Virus record (IMG/VR): IMGVR_UViG_3300006854_000004
Span: 1 to 64,000 of that record
DNA: 64,000 bases
Source: a virus
Direction: 5' to 3' (one strand)
Shown piece by piece: positions 33,364 to 40,893 of this stretch; positions within the stretch are counted from its first letter, which is position 1, and each line of letters opens with the position of its first letter. The notes beneath the pieces are model-generated. The model saw nothing but the letters and a program-made list of their open reading frames with translations, did no database searches and was not told where the DNA came from. The translations under genes were made by a program, and so were the position numbers.

Positions 33364-34112
33364 CTCTCGGCTCTCCTGATGTTCGACAGAAACTCGAATG
33401 TAGATCTGCGCATGGTCGCCCGACCCGGGAGGACGTTGCTCCACAGCATCGGCTTGGTGAACAGGTGGAACGGTCGCAGGATGAAGACGGGCGGTCTGCG
33501 TCCGTGCAGCTCGTACTCGATGTCCCGCCACCACTTCGGGACGACTCCCGGCTGCGACCCAGGACTCTTCTCGTAGAACTCGAGCGACCGCGTGTGTCCG
33601 AGCGGAGGGATGAAGTAGTTGTGGTCGTACTTCTGCTCGTCCGTCAGATCGTCGATCGGCGAGTAGATGTCGCCGCGTGGATTGCCATCGCCGGACGCAG
33701 CCTTCGCCTCGTAGACCCGCCTGTCGATGTCATAGATGCGGCGACCGAGATCGTAGTTCGAGCGGAAGACCTCGTCGACCCTACCGGCGAACAGGACTGT
33801 GTTCGACGCGAGATGAGCGGGGCACAGACCGACGAGCCACGTCCCCTTCCAGTCGTACGCGTAACTCCGCATCATGTGCTTGCACGTCGCGAAGGTCGCC
33901 AGACCGCCGTCCCAGTTCGGGCTCGAGCGCGTGTGCTTGATGACGCCGCCCTCGAGGAAGATCTCGTGCTGCGTGTAGAGTTGGAGCGGTCCCTGATACG
34001 ACCCCATGTCGGAGACGAGTCGGTCGGGGTCGTTCAGAACCACGCTCCTGTCCCAGTCCCAGTCGTGGTGTTGATAGCCGTCCGGCAGATCCAGTGATCG
34101 TGACACCGTCAT
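33360..34112 (-). CDS. nucleotide-modification-associated domain 2 (Nmad2)-like protein, tentative
   Basis: 'SSPNWDGGLATFATCKHMMR' resembles the 'APNP..G..TLA.CKP.IR' signature I recall for Nmad2. GGGAGG lies before the ATG. Confidence 0.4.
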   Translation of the reverse strand: MTVSRSLDLPDGYQHHDWDWDRSVVLNDPDRLVSDMGSYQGPLQLYTQHEIFLEGGVIKHTRSSPNWDGGLATFATCKHMMRSYAYDWKGTWLVGLCPAHLASNTVLFAGRVDEVFRSNYDLGRRIYDIDRRVYEAKAASGDGNPRGDIYSPIDDLTDEQKYDHNYFIPPLGHTRSLEFYEKSPGSQPGVVPKWWRDIEYELHGRRPPVFILRPFHLFTKPMLWSNVLPGRATMRRSTFEFLSNIRRAER

Positions 34113-34250
34113 CGCGAACCTCCCGCCGGCCGGCCGGCGCGCCAGCGGGCGCGGGCGCGCGTTGTGGCTGCACAGCTTGCCCTGTGTGTGGCGTTTGCGG
34201 CAAGCGCGCAGCTGTGCAGGGGTGGCGCGCCCGCGCGTGTAGCGCGCACC
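34113..34250 (-). repeat. intergenic repeat element, copy C
   Basis: On the + strand: ACCTCCCGCCGGCCGGCCGG (34118-34137), GGCTGCACAGCTTGCCCTG (34167-34185) and GGCGCGCCCGC (34223-34233). An imperfect long hairpin runs CTGCACAGCTTGCC...GGCAAG(cgcgc)AGCTGTGCAG (34168-34219). Confidence 0.8.
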
Positions 34251-35141
34251 CTACGCCCCTCGCTCCGTGATCGAGTCCCGCGTCGGGTGGAAGAGCCGCT
34301 TCGGCCTGCGACCCTCAGCGACGCGCGAGTACTTATCGAACTCGCACAGCTGGAACTGGACGTCGGTCAGGTCGAGCTTCGGCAGATGGTAGGTCAGGTC
34401 CTGACCTGGATCGAGTCTGTCGCTCTCCGCGATCTCGTCCGGCCAGTGCTCGTCTCGCACGGAGTAGATCTCGCGGATGACGTCCAGAGCCTCGCTCTCA
34501 CCGATCTGCGTGTTGATACCGTACCGAACGCGAGCCGCTCCACGCTTCCCACCCGGGCCGACCGGCGTCCAGGTCGACCAGTCCGTCGGCAGACGACCCG
34601 TCGCGAGCACGAAGTCTAGATAGACCTCCTTCGCCATGAAGGAGCCGAAGCCGTAGCACTCGGTCATCTCGCGTATCGCACCCTCCCACGTGTGATACTC
34701 CAGGATCTTGTCGATGCGGCTCCAGAGCGAGTCGATAAACTCGCAGACGACCGAGTACTTCGCGTCGCTGCGTCCGGCCGAGGTGACGATGTACGCGGCC
34801 GTGAAGCTCAGCCCGGGGCCGAGGCGATAGACGTGGTCGCGACCGTGCTCCCAATCCTCGACCCATCCCATCACCTTCGCGCTGTGCACCGTCCCGAAGA
34901 AGCGATAGAGCGCGCAGTTCAGCAGCTTGATGCGGTCCGACGCGTCCTGATGCTGATCGTAGATGCGCTTGAACTCGATCGTCGTGCGATCGTCGTGCCG
35001 CTTGACGTTCGTGAAGCTGAACAGCTTGAAGATCGGGTCGTTCGTCCACAGCGACTGTGGTAGACCAGAAGCTCGACGCTGACGGATCAGCTCCCGCTCG
35101 ATCATGAAATCGTAGAACTGCTTGACCCTGGTTATCGTCAT
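34251..35141 (-). CDS. alpha-glutamyl/putrescinyl-thymine pyrophosphorylase (aGPT-PPlase)-like protein, tentative
   Basis: The N-terminus 'FMIERELIRQRRASGLPQSLWTNDPIFKLFSFTNVKRHDDRTT' and a later 'LCEFDKYSR' resemble my recollection of the family. Not verified by search. Confidence 0.4.
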   Translation of the reverse strand: MTITRVKQFYDFMIERELIRQRRASGLPQSLWTNDPIFKLFSFTNVKRHDDRTTIEFKRIYDQHQDASDRIKLLNCALYRFFGTVHSAKVMGWVEDWEHGRDHVYRLGPGLSFTAAYIVTSAGRSDAKYSVVCEFIDSLWSRIDKILEYHTWEGAIREMTECYGFGSFMAKEVYLDFVLATGRLPTDWSTWTPVGPGGKRGAARVRYGINTQIGESEALDVIREIYSVRDEHWPDEIAESDRLDPGQDLTYHLPKLDLTDVQFQLCEFDKYSRVAEGRRPKRLFHPTRDSITERGA

Positions 35142-35509
35142 GAATTTCTCCGGATGTAATCGCGCATGGATCTACACTCGCGGCATCCGAACTTACTATC
35201 AAAGTCGCTCTTCTTATGGCCGCGAGGACAGTGCGTAAAGCTCATTCCTGTCTGATTCAGTCGTTGCTCTTCCCTGGTCGCCCAGCGAACATTCCCTGGT
35301 TCATAATTACCGTTGCTGTCGATGCGATCGAGCGTCATACCGTCTGGTCTGTCTCCAACATCTCGAAGAAAATCATCGAACGAATGCAGCCAGCGGTCGC
35401 AGACCGTGACGCCACGACCTCCGTAATACTGATAAGACTTATGTTGGTCGTTATAGCATCGCTGTATCATCTGATACCAACTCATCCTCATCAACTGTCT
35501 CGAAGCCAT
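35138..35509 (-). CDS. HNH homing endonuclease
   Basis: 'YYGGRGVTVCDRW...LDRIDSNGNYEPGNVRWATREEQRLN' is a classic phage HNH pattern. Visibly AT-richer than its flanks. Its stop overlaps the next start (ATGA). Confidence 0.8.
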   Translation of the reverse strand: MASRQLMRMSWYQMIQRCYNDQHKSYQYYGGRGVTVCDRWLHSFDDFLRDVGDRPDGMTLDRIDSNGNYEPGNVRWATREEQRLNQTGMSFTHCPRGHKKSDFDSKFGCRECRSMRDYIRRNS

Positions 35510-35511
35510 TT

Positions 35512-36297
35512 CTACGGAGTCCTAATCAAACCTGCTGTCCATCGGACGTATCGCCCGGCGAGCAGCTGGTTCTCCGGCTCGTTGTACAGACGGTTCAGGC
35601 CAGACGGATGCGGGATCCAGCCGACCACGATGGACGCGTCGCCGTAGAAGATCGTACACCATCCGAACTTCTCGCGGCTCTTGATGCCCCACGCTCGCTG
35701 AACCTTCGCCCCGAGCAGCAGGACGCGGAGATCGGTCCGATGCTTCATCAGCGCGATCTTCAGCAGCTGGACCCGAAGCTCGGCGATCTCACTGTCCCAG
35801 ATCGTGGGACACAGGTTCGTGCGCAGCATCCGGGTCATGAAGTCCCACGGCTCCATGTTCGAGTAGCCCAGGAGCCTCGCAGCTGCGGAGATCTCCGGAT
35901 GCGGAAACATCGGCAGACGCGGATCGGTCGAGTCACCCGGGCACTCCCCGACGATCAGGCCGACTGGTGTCGGCAGCTCCTTCATCGGATAACCGAGCAA
36001 GCTCGACCCCATCCTCACCGACGTGATGTGCGGATACTTCGGGCCGGCGTCTTTTGAGACGAGGGGAATAGATCCGGCCGTTCGATCTTCAGCCACACTC
36101 GGCATCTCCAGCACGTGAGGAGACTCGCTCTGGACACGATCTCGCTCGGCGGCACTATCTCGTCGCAGATCGTCCAGAAGTCCGGCGTCGGCGCGAGCCG
36201 GTCCGGGTCCCTCCAGTGCTTCTTGTACGTCTTCGGCATCCCTCGCCTCCAGTCGCACCTTGCTGAGCGCGATCTGCATCTGGTTGAACTTCGTCAT
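35512..36297 (-). CDS. uracil-DNA-glycosylase-superfamily protein with N-terminal extension
   Basis: 'LIVGECPGD' (motif A-like) and 'WIPHPSGLN' (motif B-like). ATGA overlap start at 36297. The track ORF extends spuriously to 36534. Confidence 0.5.
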   Translation of the reverse strand: MTKFNQMQIALSKVRLEARDAEDVQEALEGPGPARADAGLLDDLRRDSAAERDRVQSESPHVLEMPSVAEDRTAGSIPLVSKDAGPKYPHITSVRMGSSLLGYPMKELPTPVGLIVGECPGDSTDPRLPMFPHPEISAAARLLGYSNMEPWDFMTRMLRTNLCPTIWDSEIAELRVQLLKIALMKHRTDLRVLLLGAKVQRAWGIKSREKFGWCTIFYGDASIVVGWIPHPSGLNRLYNEPENQLLAGRYVRWTAGLIRTP

Positions 36298-36566
36298 CGC
36301 TGACACCCGACGGTCCTCTCGTCCACGACGATCGGGTGTGTCCCGCCAGTGCAGTAGATCGCCATCGCGTAGCGACGCTCCTCGTAGACGCAGGCCATCT
36401 GCTCCTTCGCCGTCCCCGCCGCGTCTCCGCATCCGTGAGGCGGAGCGTAGACGCACGTCGTGATGCCGTTCGGCCGGACGCCCTCCACGTACCATCCCGG
36501 TAGACACTGCGCGCGATCCGGCGGCGTCGCGCACGCGGCGATGAAGAGCAAGAGCGCTTTGATCAT
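36294..36566 (-). CDS. Cys-rich lipoprotein
   Basis: 'MIKALLLFIAAC' signal peptide plus lipobox. 7 further Cys in the mature part. Confidence 0.6.
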   Translation of the reverse strand: MIKALLLFIAACATPPDRAQCLPGWYVEGVRPNGITTCVYAPPHGCGDAAGTAKEQMACVYEERRYAMAIYCTGGTHPIVVDERTVGCQR

Positions 36567-37837
36567 ACGACCACCGTCAACTTCCTAGCAGCGCGCGTGA
36601 TGCCCGTGTAGAGCCATCGGCGACCGACCTCTCTTCCGAACGCGCTGCTCTCGTCGAAGAGGACGACGCTGTCCCACTGACTGCCCTGACTCTTGTGGAC
36701 CGTCAGAGCGTACGAGTAGTCGAACTCCGCTAGGTTCTTGCGGTCCCACCCGAGCGTCTGAAGCTCGTCCTCGAGACCGACCATGTGGTGCAGCCACGAC
36801 TCGACGCACAGACTGCCGATGCCATCCTCTGAGTCGATCTCCAGATTGCACGTTCGAGTGTTGATGTCGCTGGACGCTGCGGCGACTCGCCACATGGAGC
36901 CGTTGAACAGACCGAGCGATCGATCGTTCTTCAGGCAGACGAGGCGATCGCCTCGCACCGGAGTCATCTCGGTCATGCCCAGGAGGGCGCGCTGACGCTG
37001 GTTGAACGCGCGTCGCGTTCGGTTCCGTCCGACGAGGACCTGATCCGCGGTCATAACGATGCCGGCTAGCTCGTCCCGGCTGAAGTCCTCCTTGAACAGG
37101 ACGCGACAGTCCTCGGTCCCCTGGAAGTGAGCAGCCGTGTGACCCTCACGGACCAGCGTAGCGAGACGCAGGATACCCGACTCGTTCGCCTGACGGTGGA
37201 TCTCCGTCAGCATGACGTCCGGCGTCCGCTTCGTGTATCGTCCTCCAGCTCCGACTGGAGGGAGCTGAGCGGGATCGCCGACCACGAGGATCTTCTTGCC
37301 GAACGACTCCAGGTCCTCGCCGAGGCGGTCGTCGACCATCGAGCACTCGTCGATGACGATGCCCTCGACGTCCGGGTCAGCGAGCGGACTGTTGACCCAC
37401 AGAGCGTACTGAGGCTCGCGCTCGTTGATGAGGGTCAGCAGCTTCTTCTCGATGCTGGCGACCATATCGACGGCCTCGCGCGATGGCGTCCTGCTGTCGT
37501 CGAGCATGGTCTCATCGCGCACCATCTTGCGAGCGGTGTCGAGCTTCTGCTCGAGCGCCGCTATCTCGGTCGCCCTGGACTCACCGTTCGGTCTGTAGAT
37601 GAGACTGTGGATCGTGCGCGCGCCCTCGCAACCCTTCTGACGCATCACGTGAGCAGCCTTGCCCGTGAACGAGGCGAAGAGCCATCGACGACACGCGTTC
37701 TTCACGAGGTGCTTGATCAGCGTGGTCTTACCAACGCCCGCGTATCCGCCCAGGTAGAAGACCTGAGGAGCGGACTTATCGAACATCCACGCGCTCGCGC
37801 TCTTCAGCGCGGCCTCCTGCTGAGGTGGAAATTTCAT
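36563..37837 (-). CDS. RecD/Dda-like SF1 DNA helicase
   Basis: Walker A 'GGYAGVGKTTL' and Walker B 'IVIDECSMVD'. C-terminal 'YALTVHKSQGSQWD' and 'YTGITRA' motifs. Confidence 0.8.
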   Translation of the reverse strand: MKFPPQQEAALKSASAWMFDKSAPQVFYLGGYAGVGKTTLIKHLVKNACRRWLFASFTGKAAHVMRQKGCEGARTIHSLIYRPNGESRATEIAALEQKLDTARKMVRDETMLDDSRTPSREAVDMVASIEKKLLTLINEREPQYALWVNSPLADPDVEGIVIDECSMVDDRLGEDLESFGKKILVVGDPAQLPPVGAGGRYTKRTPDVMLTEIHRQANESGILRLATLVREGHTAAHFQGTEDCRVLFKEDFSRDELAGIVMTADQVLVGRNRTRRAFNQRQRALLGMTEMTPVRGDRLVCLKNDRSLGLFNGSMWRVAAASSDINTRTCNLEIDSEDGIGSLCVESWLHHMVGLEDELQTLGWDRKNLAEFDYSYALTVHKSQGSQWDSVVLFDESSAFGREVGRRWLYTGITRAARKLTVVV

Positions 37838-37840
37838 CGG

Positions 37841-37939
37841 TGCCTCGCCAAGGACTCGAACCCTGTGACCTGCTCTTCTTCAGTCGCAACACTTCAGGAG
37901 GGGTATCCGGTAGAGCAGGGTCCCTACGACGAACGAGGC
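37841..37939 (-). ncRNA. tRNA-like element (acceptor stem + canonical T-arm), not a canonical cloverleaf by hand folding
   Basis: On the - strand: GCCTCGT...CAGGG-TTCGAGT-CCTTG-GCGAGGC-A. This gives a 7-bp acceptor pairing and a 5-bp T-stem with a TTCGAGT loop. The ends are 99 nt apart and I found no 5-bp/7-nt anticodon arm. Confidence 0.3.
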
Positions 37940-37944
37940 ATAGG

Positions 37945-38041
37945 CCGACTTGGTTGAAGTGCTCAAGTCGGAACGCACTGGATCCTCATCGCCATGGAGG
38001 ATCAGCATGGGTCCGCTTCAGCCTCCGGGGTGGGTGGAGGC
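37945..38041 (-). other. three consecutive stem-loops in the SSB-helicase intergenic gap
   Basis: CCGACTTG/CAAGTCGG (37945-37971), GATCCTC/GAGGATC (37981-38003) and GCCTCC/GGAGGC (38021-38041). Confidence 0.4.
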
Positions 38042-38054
38042 GAGCTGGACCACT

Positions 38055-38897
38055 TCAGAACGGAACGTCGCCCTCCTTCTTGGTCTCGCCCTCCGGACGG
38101 GTCTGGTTGTAGTCGATCTTCGACTCGAGCGCTCCGCTGTCGACCTGCACCATCATCTCCTTCGCCATCATGAAGCGCTCGTCCGTGCGCGGGAGGAGCG
38201 ACTGCGTGATGCCGCGCGGATCGCCGCTGGTGATCACCGGAACGGCGAATTCACCCTCGGTGTTCCTCGTCATGGTGGACTTGATGCGGGTCAGGTGCGC
38301 GTAGAGCGGAGGGCGAACGCGCTTGCCCTGAGCGTCGAGGATCAGCGCCTGACGGAGGCGCGTCATCCAACCCTTGTACGGACGGATCTTGGTCGACGTG
38401 AATGGGATGAGCGCCATCGAGTCGGCCTGACCGTCCTCGGTGCACAGGACGCCGAACACGTAGAACGTCTCGGCCAGCTCGTTCTCACCGACGTAGTACT
38501 CGCCGAACTTCAGGTCCGGGTCCTTCTTCGCCTCGGCGATCGCGTTCAGCACGATCGGGTCCTCAGGCTTGAACTGACCGCGGTATCCGCCGCCCTTATC
38601 GCGCGGGACCCACTCCACGAACACGTGTCGCGTCAGACACGGGACGAACAGGAACCCCTCGTCGGCGGGCCAGATCTGCTCGGTGACGGTGTTGTACCAG
38701 TCACCAGGGTTCGCCTTCCTCGCCTTCACCATCGGACTCAGGTCCTGGAGCAGGTTGATGATGGGAATGCGAACGTCGGCGGACGTCTGACCCTGATAGC
38801 CCTGACCGGCGTCGTCGCCATAGTCGGGAGCGACGACCATCGACGCGTCCTGCTTCTTCTCGAGAGCGGTATCCTCAGCAGCCTTCTTCGTTGCCAT
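38055..38897 (-). CDS. ssDNA-binding protein candidate
   Basis: 280 aa lying between helicase and recombination-like genes. The C-terminal tail ends '...KKEGDVPF', resembling the SSB acidic tip (D-[IV]-P-F). No OB-fold motif was recognised by eye. Confidence 0.4.
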   Translation of the reverse strand: MATKKAAEDTALEKKQDASMVVAPDYGDDAGQGYQGQTSADVRIPIINLLQDLSPMVKARKANPGDWYNTVTEQIWPADEGFLFVPCLTRHVFVEWVPRDKGGGYRGQFKPEDPIVLNAIAEAKKDPDLKFGEYYVGENELAETFYVFGVLCTEDGQADSMALIPFTSTKIRPYKGWMTRLRQALILDAQGKRVRPPLYAHLTRIKSTMTRNTEGEFAVPVITSGDPRGITQSLLPRTDERFMMAKEMMVQVDSGALESKIDYNQTRPEGETKKEGDVPF

Positions 38898-39189
38898 TGT
38901 CTTTCTCCTCGTTACGTTGTTCCGTCGGCGGTGTGCCGACGGTGAGAGCCTCTCTGAGCCTTCGGATCAGCTCCGGGATGACGACGTGCGCCACGACCCC
39001 GTCGTACACAGGCTCCCCGGGCTGATAGCGGAACTTGAACTCACAGTTGTTCAGATAGTACTCGGCTCGCTCGCAGAGTTGCTCGACGGTCATGCCTCGG
39101 CACTCGGCGACGTCCTCCTCGAACGCTCTGCGAAGCCACTCGATCCGCTGTCGAGCTTCTGGCGACAAGTGCCTGAGGAAGTCTACCAT
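38875..39189 (-). CDS. hypothetical protein
   Basis: Coherent ORF. The 3' end overlaps the next gene by 23 nt. Confidence 0.5.
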   Translation of the reverse strand: MVDFLRHLSPEARQRIEWLRRAFEEDVAECRGMTVEQLCERAEYYLNNCEFKFRYQPGEPVYDGVVAHVVIPELIRRLREALTVGTPPTEQRNEEKDNGNEEGC

Positions 39190-39332
39190 CAGCGCACGAT
39201 CCTTGCGACCGGAAGGTCAGCATTCGGCCTGAGCTTCTCGGGAATCTTCTTCGGCAGACTTACGAAGAAGACCTCCTGCAGAAGCAGGACCCTGAAGACG
39301 TAGTAATGCATCCACTTCCAAGTCGCCGGCAT
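39189..39332 (-). CDS. hypothetical small protein (47 aa)
   Basis: 'MPATWKWMHYYVFRVLLLQEVFFVSLPKKIPEKLRPNADLPVARIVR'. TGATG couplings at both ends. Confidence 0.35.
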   Translation of the reverse strand: MPATWKWMHYYVFRVLLLQEVFFVSLPKKIPEKLRPNADLPVARIVR

Positions 39333-39703
39333 CACACCGCTCCCATCTGCGCGCTCGAGCGACGCGCCTGCTCCTCGCTGAACAGTCGAGCCCATGTGCC
39401 GAAGTATCGCTTGATCGTCTCCATGATGAGATTCGCTTCCTCCTCCATCGCCCACTCCGCGCCGTCATCCTCGGTGAACGCGTTGTACTTCTCGAGATCA
39501 CCGCCGAACGCATCGATAGCATCGAGCAGCGACTCGCGACGGATGGTGATGAACTTGTTCTCGAAGTGCAGGATGCGCTTGTCGCACCAGACGATGAGGT
39601 TCGCGAGGTGCTTGTCGTCGATCTCGGCGAGCGGTATGTCTCGACCGTCCTTGGTCGTCCAGATCCGCTTGTCGAGTTTATCCCAATCCAGGTCGTCCAG
39701 CAT
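39332..39703 (-). CDS. hypothetical protein
   Basis: ATG 39703, 2 nt after the upstream TAG. The track start at 39733 overlaps the upstream gene. Confidence 0.5.
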   Translation of the reverse strand: MLDDLDWDKLDKRIWTTKDGRDIPLAEIDDKHLANLIVWCDKRILHFENKFITIRRESLLDAIDAFGGDLEKYNAFTEDDGAEWAMEEEANLIMETIKRYFGTWARLFSEEQARRSSAQMGAV

Positions 39704-39705
39704 GG

Positions 39706-40020
39706 CTAGAAGGGAGCGGGTCCACACCCGCAAGTCGGTTTCTTGTCGTCAGGATGCTCGTGTCCGCACCACGCGAGCGACGTCTTGTCGATGAGCCTCC
39801 TGATGACATACGGGATGCGCGCCTGACCCTGAGCGACCAGATCGATGCCCTGCTTGATCTCCGAGAGAGCGGCACGAAAGTCCTTGTCGTGATACGGCGG
39901 ACCATCGTCCATCCTCTGAAGGTCACGTCGGGCGACATCGAGCGCGTGGATGGCGATGTGGATGCTGGCGAACACAGCCTCCATCGCTCGCAGCGTTCCG
40001 TGACGATTGTCGTCCCTCAC
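39706..40020 (-). CDS. hypothetical protein
   Basis: GTGA overlap start. Confidence 0.5.
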   Translation of the reverse strand: MRDDNRHGTLRAMEAVFASIHIAIHALDVARRDLQRMDDGPPYHDKDFRAALSEIKQGIDLVAQGQARIPYVIRRLIDKTSLAWCGHEHPDDKKPTCGCGPAPF

Positions 40021-40757
40021 TTGCCCCTCTTGATTCTCGCGAACGACTGAACGAATGCGCCGAAGTCTCCTAGCGGAACGTTCGCGCCCTCGCGCAGCTT
40101 CCCGCGCAGATACGCGAGCAGCGTCTGATGGTTGATGGACCAGTCCTCCGCGACCGCCGCGTGCTCCTCAACTCCAGCGTCCCTGAGCATCTGGCGGAAC
40201 TTGTCCGCCCACTCGATGCTGTCGCGACCGTAGCGGATCTCGAAAGCTCGCTTGATGAGACCGTCGTCGCCGTTCTCCTCGAGATACTTGAAGGCGCGCT
40301 CCCGCTTCGACTCGTCCTTCGGGAAGGACGCGCGGACCTCCTCCTTCAGCTCGACGGTGATGCCGCCCTTCGTGCGATAAAGGTCGGTCCCGACCTCGGC
40401 CATCACCGCGGGGATGAGATCCTCCTGGTACGATCGAAGCTGCTTCTGCAGCACTTCGAGCTTCTCCTCCAACTCCTCCTTCTCGATCTCGATCTTGCCC
40501 ATCTCGACGACGAGACGGTTCAGCCGCTTCATCAGGTCCTCCGACGCCGGCTGAGGCTCATCGGTGTAGTCGGGGACCGACGGTGCATCGCGCAGACGAC
40601 CGCCCCGCTCGCGAAGCGCGCGCTGGAAGCCCTTGTCCTCCTCCGGTTGGAGCATCCCGCCGCGGGCGAGCGACGCGAGCAGACCCCTCCACTCGTCGTC
40701 GCCCATCGACATGAACGCCGCGTACGCATCGTCAGCGTTGTTCCTCGGGTCAGGCAT
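40017..40757 (-). CDS. coiled-coil protein, hypothetical (recombination-module position)
   Basis: 246 aa with a central 'EIEKEELEEKLEVLQKQLRSYQEDL' coiled coil. Confidence 0.55.
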   Translation of the reverse strand: MPDPRNNADDAYAAFMSMGDDEWRGLLASLARGGMLQPEEDKGFQRALRERGGRLRDAPSVPDYTDEPQPASEDLMKRLNRLVVEMGKIEIEKEELEEKLEVLQKQLRSYQEDLIPAVMAEVGTDLYRTKGGITVELKEEVRASFPKDESKRERAFKYLEENGDDGLIKRAFEIRYGRDSIEWADKFRQMLRDAGVEEHAAVAEDWSINHQTLLAYLRGKLREGANVPLGDFGAFVQSFARIKRGK

Positions 40758-40893
40758 CGGCGACCTCCTTCAGACGACGGCGATACTCGCGCATCTCCTC
40801 GTCCGTGATGGTGCTGCCGACCCGCCGACCGGTGAAGAACTCCCGTACGACCTCACGCAGACGGATGAACTTGATGACGGTGTGGTCCATCAT
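40750..40893 (-). CDS. hypothetical small protein
   Basis: ATGA overlap with the upstream micro-ORF. Begins 'MMDHTVIKFIRLREVV...'. Confidence 0.35.
   Translation of the reverse strand: MMDHTVIKFIRLREVVREFFTGRRVGSTITDEEMREYRRRLKEVADA

Noticed and set aside
36015-36239. A 74-aa minus-strand ORF that looked protein-like ('MPKTYKKHWRDPDRLAPTPDFW...').
   Set aside because: It lies wholly inside the better-supported frame of the UDG-fold gene. That gene starts with an ATGA overlap at 36297 and has GC-rich third positions throughout.
35512-36534. N-terminal extensions of track ORFs (e.g. 35512-36534, 32752-33534, 26729-27418, 20557-21330, 43141-43812, 41947-42618, 18428-18997, 48050-50506).
   Set aside because: The extensions overlap the upstream gene in another frame and are Arg-rich. 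In each case an internal ATG or GTG exactly coupled to the upstream stop gives a compact, sensible protein.
37841-37939. Calling this a bona fide tRNA gene, a tmRNA, or a phage attP core.
   Set aside because: Hand folding found no anticodon arm or D-arm at canonical spacing, and the segment is 99 nt long. The 5' and 3' acceptor strands are too close for a tmRNA, and no tag ORF is evident. No integrase or excisionase is present in the window to support an attP. It is kept only as a tRNA-like element.
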